DNA of 64,000 nt from NCBI GenBank assembly GCA_004431415.1, contig QPMI01000089.1, positions 186,001 to 250,000 of the forward strand, read 5' to 3'. Below, in pieces: positions 10,433 through 21,266 of this stretch. The translations under genes were made by a program, and so were the position numbers. Position 1 is the stretch's first letter. Each line of letters begins with the position of its first letter. Below the pieces are notes generated by a model, which had not been told where the DNA came from, searched no databases, and saw only the letters and a list, made by a program, of their open reading frames with translations. Source of the stretch: Cyanophora paradoxa CCMP329. Lineage: Eukaryota; Plantae; Glaucophyta.

Positions 10433-13400
10433 TTAGGCGCGGGGCAGCTCGAGGAAGCGGGCGACGGCGGTGACGAGGCGGTCGTACTGGACTGGCTTCG
10501 GGATGTGCATGTTCATCCCGGCGTCTGCGGGTGGGGGGGGCGGGGGTGTCAGAGAGGGGCGGGGGTGTCAGAGAGGGGCGGGGGCGTCGGAGAGGGGCGA
10601 AGCGTGGGCGTGAGCGCTCTAGCGAGCCCAGGCCAGCTCCAGGGCGCCGCCGGGCTCCAGATTCGATTAGGGAGGGGGCCGGGGGTTCGTTCGTTCGCCG
10701 CGGACGGATGGGCGGACGGACGGACCGTAGCAGCGCATTTCGTCCTCCCGGAGGACGTGGGCGGACAGGGCGATGATGGGCGTCGCCGGCTGCCGCACCT
10801 CCCGCTCCAGCTCACGGATACGCCGCGCCGCCTCGTACCCGCTGCGTACCCCGGCCAGTGAGGAGGGGGGGAGGGGGGGGGGGGGGGGGGAGGGTGGTGG
10901 TGGGGGCCTCACTTGATCTGGGGCATGTCGATGTCCAGGACGACCACGTCGAAGCGGCGGCCCGAGGCGAGGCGCTCCTGAAAGGCCGCGACGGCCTCCA
11001 CGCCGTTCGACACGTGGTGCACCTCGTGTCCCGCCCGCTCCAGGAACTTCGTTGAGACGAGCGCCGCCGTCTTGACGTCCTCCGCGAGCAGGATGTTCCC
11101 GGGGCGCGAGGGCGGCGGCGGGGCGGCGGCCGCCGGCGCCGGCGACTCGGCGGCGACGGCCGAGGCGACCGAGGCGGAGCGGGTGCCGGTCATGAGCGGG
11201 AGGGAGACGGTAAACTCGAAGGTGGATCCCTCGCCGTACGTCGAGCGGCAGGCGAGCTTGCCCCGCATCAGCGCCGCGATGTCCCGCGAGAGCCACAGGC
11301 CCTGCGCGCGCGAGCAACCACGGCGAGTGAGCGGGCCGCTAGCTAACTAGCCAGCCAGCTAGGCGCACGATGCCGCAGCCGCCGGGGTCCTCGACGGAGG
11401 GGTCCCGCAGGCGGGTGAAGAGCGAGAAGAGGCGCTCCTGATCCTCCGGCTTGATGCCCACGCCGTGGTCGACGACGGCGATGGAGAGGTGGGCGCTCTG
11501 CTCCGTGACCTCCAGCGCCCCGACCTTCACCTCGATGCCCGTCCCGGCCTTCGAGTACTTGATCGCGTTCGTGATCAAGTTCACTGCGCCGCGCGCGCGA
11601 GCGAGTGAGTGAGAGGGCGCGGAGAAACACAAGGGGGGGGTGCCCCGTCCGGCCGGCCCGGCGGCCCGGCGGCCCGCCCGCCCCCGCGCACCGAGGATCT
11701 GCTTCAGGCGGTCCGCGTCTCCGATGCAGGGGCGCTCCGGGAGCGGCCCGACGGCCACGACGCGGATGTCGGAGCGGCGCGAGGCGGCGCGGGCGCCGGC
11801 GATGTTCACGGCGCCCTCCACGGCGACGAGAAGGTCGAAGGGCTCCTTCTTGAGCACGAGACGCTTGGCCTCGGCGAGGGAGACGTCCAGAATGTCAGAG
11901 ATCAAATTCTGGAGGTACTCGCCGCAGTCCGCCGCCTTGGTCACGTAGTCCTTCACCTCGGTCGGGAGGTCGGTGTCCGAGGCGAGGGCCAGCATGCCCA
12001 TGATCCCGTTCAGCGGCGTCCGTAGCTCGTGGGACATGGAGGCGATGAAGTTGGACTTGGCCGTGTTCGCGCTCTTGACGGCCGTGAGCTCCTTGAAGGT
12101 GGAGACGTCCTGCAGCACGACGATGACGCCCTCGACGGCGCCCTCGCGCGTGATCTCGGCGCCCGTCGTGAGGAGGAAGAGCCGCTTCTGCACGTCGGGG
12201 CGCGGCTGCAGCGAGAGCTCGAGGTCGCGGGTCTGCACGCCGTCCAGCGCCTTCGTGAAGACGGAGGAGAGGATGTCGGCGACGTCGTACTGGTCCGGCG
12301 CGAGGACCTCCATCGCCACCTGCCCGATGACGTCCTGGCGCTCCCACCCCAGCATGTGCTCCGCGGCCGGGTTCCACTCGCGCAGGCGGTACTGGTTGTC
12401 GAGGCGGAAGACGGCGACGGGGACGTTCGAGATGATCTGGTGCATCTGCTCGGCGAGCATATTGAGGCGCTTGGTCGAGGAGGAGATCATCTTGTTGATG
12501 CGCAGCGCCTCCGCCATCGTGTTGCCGACCGCCTGCGCCGCGTTGAGGCAGGACTCGTCCCACGGCTCGCACCGGTCCATCACGAGCTCGCGCCCTGCCG
12601 CCGGGCGCGCTCGGAAAAGGAGGAGGAAGGAGGGGAAAGGAGGAAGGGGGCGGCGCACATTTCTGGAACGAGGCGCGAGGGTTGAGGTCGCCCTCCTTGT
12701 CGATGGAGTAGGCGCTGCCGGGCGGGGCGCCGGCCCAGCTAACCTCCCGCTCCACCGCCGGGCGGATCCACATGACGTAGACCTGCATGCGCCACGAGAC
12801 TTGCACGAGGAGGGCCCCCGCCGAGATGCCCGAGATGAGCCGCGCCTCGGGTATCAGGTCCGAGAGCTTGTCCGTCAACTGCCGCACCGGCCAGCGTCAG
12901 TCGGCCTCGGCCGGACCGCGGGGGAGGGGGAGGGAGGCGGCCCTACCCAGAGGCGGCCAGGGTCGAGCGAGCTGGTGGGGGGGCGGTCGGTCAGCGGCGC
13001 CCGGGTCGGGCAGGGAGCGGGGGCGGAGAGAGGGGGGGGTACCCGGTCATCCACGTGCTCTCGATGGGATTCGTCGAGGAGCGGATCATCTTCATGGTTC
13101 GCAGGATGAAATCCACGGGGGGCAGCGGGCCCGTCCCGCACAGCACCTGGCAGGCCGCCCCGCCCGCCCGGTCGGCCTCGGCCCCGGACAAGAGGTGGGG
13201 GGGGGGGAAGGGGAAAGGAGGGGGGTACCTCGTCGTCGTGGAACACGACGCAGGAGCCGCAGGGGAGGGCGTCCTTGAGGGACGGCTGCCCATCCAGCAT
13301 CCCCATCAGAAAGTTGGTCTGGCCCCGCAGCCGCCCGAAGATCTGACCGCGCGCGGTGGCCTCAGTTGAGCGCCGGGAAACGGCGGGCGGTGGGGCGGGC

Positions 13401-14845
13401 GGGCAGGCCGCGCCTGCAGCTGGAGCTCCTTTGCCCGGGACTCGTCTGCCATGCGCTTCCGAGCCTTAATGCTCTTCAGAGTCCCCGCAAACGTCCGGAC
13501 CTGCGCGCGCGAGGGCTCGCCCGGCTTGCGCATGCCGCGGAGCACGAGACGCCGCGAGGCGCACGAGGGGCAGCAGGGCTGCGCCGGCCGACGTCAGCCA
13601 CGGCGGGGTGCGAACGGAAGAACCGAGAACGAACCATTCCTCTTGACGATGGGCACGTAGTTCTCGGTAGTGCTATGGAAGGAGAGGAAACCCTGCCGGC
13701 GGCGTCAAAAAGGAATTTCGAGCAGGGTGCGGGCCGCACCCAGAGCCCTTGCCCGGGTAGCTCAATCGCATAAACGAGGATTGCTTTTACTCCCATGTTC
13801 TGCGGCAAATCGATGGAAGCGTGAGCCACAAGAGAGAGAGCCGGCGAACACTGGAAGCAGTGCCAGAAGAACGAACTACGTAGTACTGCTGGCAGCAGTT
13901 CGTGTAGCCACGCAGGAAAGAGCGAGAGAGATCCGGCGGGCTGACGACGCCCGGCGCGATCTTCACAAGCGGGATCTGCGGGCCAGACACCGCCGCCAGA
14001 TACCGGTGCCGAGTCAACTGGAAGAGTTTGCGAGCTGCGTTCCGACCGTGAGCTGCTTTGAATACAGCTATGGTGGTATGTACTTACAGGAAAAAGGAAC
14101 GTCAGAAGACGGGAAGTTCAGACCCTTGAAGGTCTGCCAGCCTGCTTCCTTCCCACAGCGCAGGTTCTCAGCCATCACCCGACCGTGCGCGCCGCCGCTG
14201 CAAAGAAAAGCGTTAGCGATAGACTGTGGGATTCTCCGCTCGCCGTGGCGGTGCGCACGTCGCGGGCAGGAAGTGATAGATGAGCACGCGGTCGCCGAAC
14301 GAGCACAACTCGGACGTTTCCTTAATCATCTGGGTGAGGAGTTCCTCTTCATTGTCTATGCACAGAATCCGTTCTGCAACCGTGTCAGGCAGCGAAGCAA
14401 CAAGATCGAAACGCACGCGCACCGCTCGCTTCGTTGATGCTGTCCTTCATCTTCGCCAGCGACTCCGCGCAGTACTCTTCAAACTCGAGGAGGTAGTATT
14501 CCTCGGTCGTGTGGATTGAGCTGCACGCTTTGCGTCAAGAGGGGGAGCCGTCGCCCGAGCAGCGAGGGGTGCGTACCAGTGGAACTGCTTGCCCTTTGTG
14601 GTGGTGAACGCAACAGCGCGCCAGCTGTTGAAGTCATCGTTGCGAAGCACGGTGCGCGCCTCGGGAACGATCAGCGCGATGTCTATCCCGTTCGGCTCGA
14701 GCGAGAGGCTGTCCAGCTCGAAGCCGAGCCACTCGAAAGCGCGCTCCGAGCACCAGACGATGAACTGATCTGATGGCCGAACGACAAGCACGCACCCCCA
14801 GCTCTGAATCCGTGCTCCCTCGCATCGCTCTAAGTCGCCCCACAT
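10433..14845 (-). CDS. Tandem-cysteine phytochrome, hybrid histidine kinase (PAS-GAF-PHY-PAS-HisKA-HATPase-REC), glaucophyte GPS-like
   Basis: PAS: RIQSWGCVLVV. GAF: GDRVLIYHF, HGRVMAE, GLNFPSSDVP, LRGYTNCCQQYYVNMGV (CC codons 13892-13897), LWGFLSFHS. PHY: WIRP..WAG..LNPRASF. PAS: EWNPAAEHMLGW. H-box SHELRTPL; NLITNAIKY, DHGVGI, GCGIGL. REC: LLAED, VVLDIDMP, HIPKP. TAA at 10433-10435. Confidence 0.95.
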
Positions 14846-16495
14846 AGCGGCGCGCGACTGCGCGAACTGTGCGGATGCTGACGATGCAACGGCTTGCTTC
14901 TGCGTCTAGCTATCGAACGTGTTGCGAGAAAGCCGGTCACGCAGCCCCGCGCTGAGGCCCCGCTCTGCTCACAACTTCGAACTTCTTCCCCCCTGCCGAG
15001 GGGGGTTCAACCTGCTTTTTGGTCACGGGGTCCGTCGGTTGGCCAGCGTGACCGGCAGTGTCCGGCACGGACACCCACTGTACATGTGTCACCCAGCTGC
15101 AGGGCCCGGGGCCCGGGCCTGTCACGGTCACAGCCTCACAGGCTGTCACGGTCAGATCAGTCACTGAGTGCTGTCAGTGCAGCCTAGGCCTGTCACGGTC
15201 AGAGCTCGAGCCTCAGGGGCCTGTCACCCGGCGCGCAGGCTAGCGCTAGCCTAGTAGCGCTACGTATACGGTCACCCCGGGCCCGGGTAGCGCTGCGCTT
15301 GCCAGCCTGCAGCTCAGCGGCTGCAGCTGGCAGTTGCCGCAGTGCGTCGAGTCGTACCGTAGTACCGTAGTACTAGTAGTACCGTACTACCGGTAGTACG
15401 CGTGGGCCGCGGCGTGGCCCAGTGGGCCGCGTGGCACGGTCATGATCATGATCACCGGGTGCTGCTGTCACAGTGTCGAGTCACTGTCGACGTCCGACGG
15501 TCAGCCTCATGATCAGCGGCCGGGCCGGCGCCGCGGCGCCTGCAGCTGCTGTACATGTCGGGCTGCTGACCGTCCGGGATCCGACGGCCGCCGCTGCGGC
15601 TAGCCTCGAGCTCGCCGAGTCGAGCTCACGACGTCCGACGTCCGTAAGCTTGCAAAGCCTTGCATGCGCATTGCGCACCCGTGATCATGGCCGTCGACGT
15701 CACCGATTTTAATCCTGCACCATATACTATGATCCGATGATCATGATACGTACGCGTGGCACCGTACCGTAAGTACGGGTGGCCCGGGGTGGGCCGGGGT
15801 GGCACACTGGCACTGCGCAAATTAGCAACGCGATGCGCACTAGCTGCGCATGCGCATATGCGCACTGCGGCATGCGGGCAGTCTGCCGCAGTGCGGCATG
15901 CCGCGCGCGCGGCAGCAGCACTGCGGCAGCTCAGCGGCTAGCGCTGCTGTCGATCAGACTCCGAGGCTCGGATCAGTGTGCTCCTGTGTGCAGCAGCACT
16001 GCGGCGGCAGCGCTAGCTGCAGTCTGGTCGGGCGAGCTCGCGCGCATGCCGCTCTGTCCCGCACAGGCGGCACAGCCTGGCAGCGCTATATATGCCGCTA
16101 CCGGTAGCGCTAGACGCCGCGGCGCCGCCGCCCGGCCCGCACGCGACCGGGGTCCGACGGTCACCGGGCCGGCGGGCCCGGCCCGGCCCCGCCGCCCGCT
16201 ACGCGTATAAGTACTTGATACTACTTGGACGGGATCTCGATTAATCAAGATTTCAGACCCTACTTTGTCAACACAAAAGAGCGTCTTATCGATCGGAAGC
16301 ACAAGCATATCGTATGCGAAAACCTATGCCGAAGCATTCTAGGGGCAAACACAAACAAACTACCGCAAAAGCAACCCATACGGAAGAATAACACGGGGAT
16401 CGGAATAACCAGATGCTATCGAAGGCGAGCTGGAGAAATATGCAGACAAGCCTACCTACTGTGAGGACGTATACACGAAGGAGGGGAGGCGGTCC

Positions 16496-19400
16496 TTAGC
16501 CCTGCATCATGTGCTGGGGCGGGGAGGAGGCGACCGACGAGGCGGCGAGGGGCGTGCCGGGAGCTGTCTGCGAGGACGTCGCTATGTGCACCGCGTTGAA
16601 GCACGGGAGCCACTTCTGCGGGGGGCGTCAGTCCGCGAACGAAGGGAGGGCCCAGACTCGGGAGGGGAAGAGCGATGGCGCGCCTTGACGAGCTCGAAAA
16701 GGACGCTCTGGGAGTAGGCACGGGCGGCGATCACTTCCGGCCCGACGCTCGCCGGCGCGTGCGCCATGTTCGTCTCCGGGTGAAGAATCGCGATGACGCC
16801 TGACAGGCGTCAGCGGAGGCTGCTCGCGGGGCGGGGGCGGGGTCGGGGAGTGCGCGGGCACCGATGGCGTTGCCGTCGGCGTCGCGGCGAGGGGCGGCGT
16901 AGAGCGTGCACTGCATTCCGCCGCCGCGGGTGCGGATGATCGTGTGGATCTCGGAGCCGACGTGGTGCGCCGGGGTGCTCGCGAAGGTGGAGGCGGAGGA
17001 GGAGGTGGCGGAGAGGGAGGAGAAGGGGCGGGCGGGGGTCCCCGGGTGGCCGTGGCCCCCCTGGGCGTCAGCGAGGAGCCGGTCGAAGAGGTCCCGGACG
17101 TGCCCCGCCTGCGTCGGGTCCAGCGCGCGGGAGAGGAACGAGGCGCCGATCATCTCGGCGCGGGGGTACGCCGTCAGCTTCGAGGCCATGAGGTTCCAGT
17201 CGGTGATGCGGTAGTCGCGGTCCGTCGCGAGGAGCGGGAGGGGCATCGTCTCCACGAGGCCGTCCACCTCCTGCTGGAACATGCCGAGGAGCTCGCTCCC
17301 CGCGTGCTCCAGCTTCTCGTGCAGCCGCCGCAGCGCCCCGTCCCGCCCGCCCAGCGTCCCCGCCATCCCATCCACCGCGTGCATCGCCGGCTGCGGGGCG
17401 GGGCGGGGCAGAATGAGTCGGTTCACGAGCCTGGGCCTCGAGAGCGAGGGCGCCCGCACCGCGAGGCCAATGGAGGCCACGTCGAGGACGGTCATGCGGA
17501 GGGCGCGGGCGCAGGTGATGTCGCGCTGCGAGAAGGCCACGGCCTTGCCCTTGACCAGCTGCACGTACTTCTGGAACGAGGCGCGCGGGTTCAGGCTCCC
17601 GTTCTCGCCCCGCACGATCGCGTCCTTCAGCGGGCCGCCCCAGTTCTCCTCTTGTATCACCTGAAGAGGGCCCCGCGTCAGTTGGCCCCGCCCGCCGGCG
17701 CCTCCGCCGCGCATAAATGAGGGGAAGGACCTCGGGCCTGAACCAGAGCGCGTACTGCGCGCGGGGCGGGGCGGGGGGCGTCGGTGAGGCGGCGGGCGCG
17801 AGGCGAAGCAGACAGAGAGAGCGGGGCGGGGCGGGGCGGGGCGGGGCGGGGCGGGGCGGGGCCGGAGGGGGGCTCACGTCGCCGGGGAAGTGGGAGAGGG
17901 AGACGGCGAGGAGGCCCGATGCGACGTCGCGGACAAAGGCGGCCCCCTCGAAGTGCTCCGAAAGGCAGTCCGTGCACCACACGTCGTCCGTCATGTTCGA
18001 GTTGAGCCACTCGATCAGGTCCCGCAGGTCGATCGGGCTCGGCGTCCGCCCGAATGTCGCAAGGCCGGCCGCCCGCGTGTAGACCGCCGCGCCCCCGCAG
18101 TCGAGGATGTCGAAGACGTTGGGGCGGCCGGTGCAGAGGCCCTCCGGGAACCGGCCGTCCAGGAGGAGCTGGTCGAGGAACTGGGCCTGGATCTCCTTCG
18201 CGCGCGCGATGTGCTGCCTTAGGTCCTGCTGCTCCTTGCGCGCCAGTAGGGCGGAGAGGACGCGGGAGAGTAGGATGCAGGCCTCGCGGTGCTCGAAGGA
18301 GAGGCGCTTGGGGGAGTAGGAGTAGCAGATGAAGAGGCCCCACAGCTTCTTGTCCTTGACGATCGCGTTCGAGATCGAGGCGGCGACGCCCATGTTCTTC
18401 AGGTACTGCGTGTGGCATCGGGAGACGGCCCGCAGGACGCTCTTGCTCATGTCCAGCGGCCGCTCCGTCACGGGGCTCACCGCCGGTGTCACCTCGCACG
18501 GCTCTGCAGCGGCGGGCGGGCGGGCGGGCGGGCGCGTCGGCACAACAGCGCTGCGTGGCGTAGCGGGGGCGGGGCGCACTGGCGAAGGCGTCGGCGATGA
18601 CGCGGACGCGGTTCAGGACGAAGAGGTTCCGCGCCACAGTCGGGATGTCCGTCGCCGCTGCGCGGGCGCGGAGGGGCGGCGTCGGCCAAGCCGGACGAGC
18701 CGGGCGGAGGCGGCTGGCTCCCGGGCAGCGGGCCGCACGGACGGAGCTAGTGGTTCGGTTCTTAGAGTTCGGCTGTGGTTCTAGGCGGCGGGCGGGCGGG
18801 CAGGCGGGGGCGCACGGAAGTTGAGGCCCAGGTAGGGCTCGATGCCCTCCTTCTTGAGGACCTCGGCGAGGACCTTGCCGTGGCCCTCCGCCCCGAACCG
18901 GTACACCATCACCCGGTCGAACCCCGTGATCTGAAACTCGCAAGTGAGTGAAACTTCGGCGCAGAAACTCCAGCTCTCGCGAGCTCCGGCGCACGTCGGA
19001 GACTTCGTGGGCGAGGATCTGGCAGAGCTCGTCGACGCTGGCCGCGTTCTCGAGGTTCTCGAGGGCCGCCCGGATGCGCCCCGAGTCCGAGAAGACGAGC
19101 GTGATGTCCCGGCTAAACGGCTCCAGCTCCAGGACGACGCAGGAGGAGGCCCGGTGGAAGAGCCTGCGCGCGGTTCGGGTACCTTTCAGGCGGCGCCGAG
19201 GTTTCTCCTTCTTCAGATTGGGGGCCGCGCACCCGTCCCATATGACGCGCTCGCCGTTGTCGCGGCGAATGGTGGAGACTAGGACGGGGCTCGCGACGCG
19301 GATCTCGCCCTCGTCGCCCACCGCGCTCTGGATGACCCGCACGGACTCCTCGTCGAAGAGCGAGGAGATGTGCTGACTCACGAGCTGGTCCGGGGGGATC

Positions 19401-20640
19401 GCGACGAGCGCTTCCACGTTGGAGGAGACCTGGGCGATCGTCCAGTCTGCGTCCCGGATCGCAAGGAGGATCCCGTGGTGCTGCACGGCTCCGATCGTCG
19501 CGATCGGCTCGTAGTTCACGCGCTGCGCCGTCACCGCGTCGATGAAGCCGTCAGGCCGCCCGTCCTCCACCAGCCGCCGCTTCCGCTTCGCCGCCGCCGA
19601 CTCCGACGGGCCCTGCACACCCACCCCGCAGGCGCGCGTCACGGGCGCGGCGGCGCAGGCGCCGCGAGCGCGCGGTCGCACCGCGTCCCCTATCGACATC
19701 ACCCGCAGCTTCTCCAACTCGTTCATTAAAGTCTCTTTGTCTTTCTGTAGCTTCGCGTTCTGCGGCGGGAGCGGCGTCGGCCCCCCGTGACCCCGCGCTC
19801 GAGGAAGAGAAAGAAAGCAACCTCGTCGGCCAATATGTTCAGGTGGTCGATCGCCTTGCCTGCGGTGCGGCCGGAGACGTCAGCCGCAAAGGATGCGGTC
19901 TCTTGTCCGCGGGGACGACGAGCGAACCGAGGACCGTCGCCTTGTTCGCCTGCGAGCCCGTTGTCTCCGGGACTATCCTCCTTAGCTCCTCTATGCGCTC
20001 GTTGATCAGGTCTCGCCTTCTCCTTTCCACCTCGCTGTGGTTCTCTCTCCTTCTCGCAGGCTTCACTTCGGCGAACTGCTTGGGAATGAAGATCGGCATG
20101 CCTCCGGGTCCCGCCATGATACCGACGGGCGCGAGCCCTGGCGGAAGGCCTGCGGGGAGCTGGAACGCTGTTCCCTGCAACGCGCCCAACGATGATGTTG
20201 GAATAAAAGTGGCGCCGCCAGTCAACTTGAGCCCGGCTGCCGCCGCGGCCTGCTGGAGAGCCGCCGCGCCAGTTTCGCCAGCATACGAGAGCGATGCCGT
20301 GTTACTCGCGCCTGAGCGGGCTCAGAAAACAGAAATCCGAGGAGAAAAGGATGGGCCCACCTGCGGCGCTTAGAGGGGGCGATGCGACAGAGGGGATCGA
20401 CGTTCCGGCCGGGGACATGGACGGACCGGCACCGCCACCCCCTACGGCGCCTGAAGAAGAACTGGATGCCGAGTACTGAGATACGGACGGCGAGACGGAG
20501 GTATTCTGGCCCTGCAGAAAGGAAATCCGAGAGATATCCGCGGGGTTCATCGGCATGCGATTCTACCGAGCACGATCACTTAGGCGCGCGTATCGAGAGG
20601 ACGGCAAGCAAACGCACGAGAAACATGCTCCTCGCATCCA

Positions 20641-20702
<62 letters not shown>

Positions 20703-21210
20703 TGTGCCTGACGCTCGCTCATGAGCAACCTGCCGGGGCGGAGGCCAGTCACGCAGGCGGCAATCGAGAAACACAGCAAGGAAGAAAAGTGAAGAGCTCA
20801 CGCTTGGAGCACGTCCTGATCGAGGTGGCTGCCGGGGCGCTGCAGGCTCGCTAGTTGCGCAGCCCGCAGCTGCTCCTCCATCGCCGATCGTTGAGCCTCA
20901 TGTGCTTGCGCCTGCGTCTGCTGAGCTTGGACCATCTGCTGGAACACCGCCGAGTGGGCCGGCTGAGATCCGAGGGCCCCCAGCTGCAGAAAGGTTGGCG
21001 TCTGCGGCTGTTGCATGGGAAAGCTTGGGGCAGCATGCTGTTGTTGGCCGAGAAGCTGGGCCTGCAATGCCTGCAGCTGCGCAGCGCCCAGACCGCCGCT
21101 AGCTTGCAGGTACGCACTGCGAGGCGGTAAACGACACAAACCGCGTCTGCCGGGGAGCACAGGGCGGCTCACAGCACGTCTGTTAGCGATGGTGGTTCGT
21201 TATCATCCAT
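16496..21210 (-). CDS. bHLH-leucine zipper - phytochrome fusion (Q-rich - bHLH-Zip - NLS - PAS-GAF-PHY - PAS; no kinase)
   Basis: ATG at 21210 (MDDNEPPSLTDVL...). Exons splice in frame through the Q-rich region, RENHSEVERRRRDLINERIEELRRIVP...NKATVLGKAIDHLNILADENAKLQKDKETLMNELEKL, KRKRR, EPIATIGAVQHHG, GFDRVMVYRF, GLNFPATDIP, RAVSRCHTQYLKNMGV, WFRPE..WGG..LNPRASF and PAS DWNLMASKLTAY. Stop at 16496 if the last GC-AG intron is used, otherwise 16582. Confidence 0.92.
17821..17862. repeat. Intronic (GGGGC)n pentamer repeat
   Basis: About 8 copies. Similar tracts at ~40073-40100 and ~63864-63902, all in introns. Confidence 0.85.
20642..20704 (-). repeat. (CAG)n microsatellite encoding Q21 in the bHLH-phytochrome N-terminus
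   Basis: (ctg)n on the + strand. The flanking splice phases put it in the Gln frame (MSERQA-Q21-LDARSMFL). Confidence 0.9.
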
Positions 21211-21260
21211 CTTCGCCCAACCTTCAATCCGAACCAAAACCCTGCCGGCAGCCGATATAC

Positions 21261-21266
21261 CACGTG
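21261..21266. promoter_or_regulatory. G-box (CACGTG) ~50 bp upstream of the bHLH-phytochrome ATG
   Basis: The exact hexamer is present. Function is unproven, and hexamers occur by chance every few kb. Confidence 0.25.

Noticed and set aside
10433-14845. Bacterial two-component operon or contaminant
   Set aside because: The gene is interrupted by many spliceosomal introns in the same style as its neighbours.
20382-20854. Poly-Cys, poly-Leu or poly-Ala proteins
   Set aside because: These are alternative frames of the CAG repeat; splice phases select poly-Gln.
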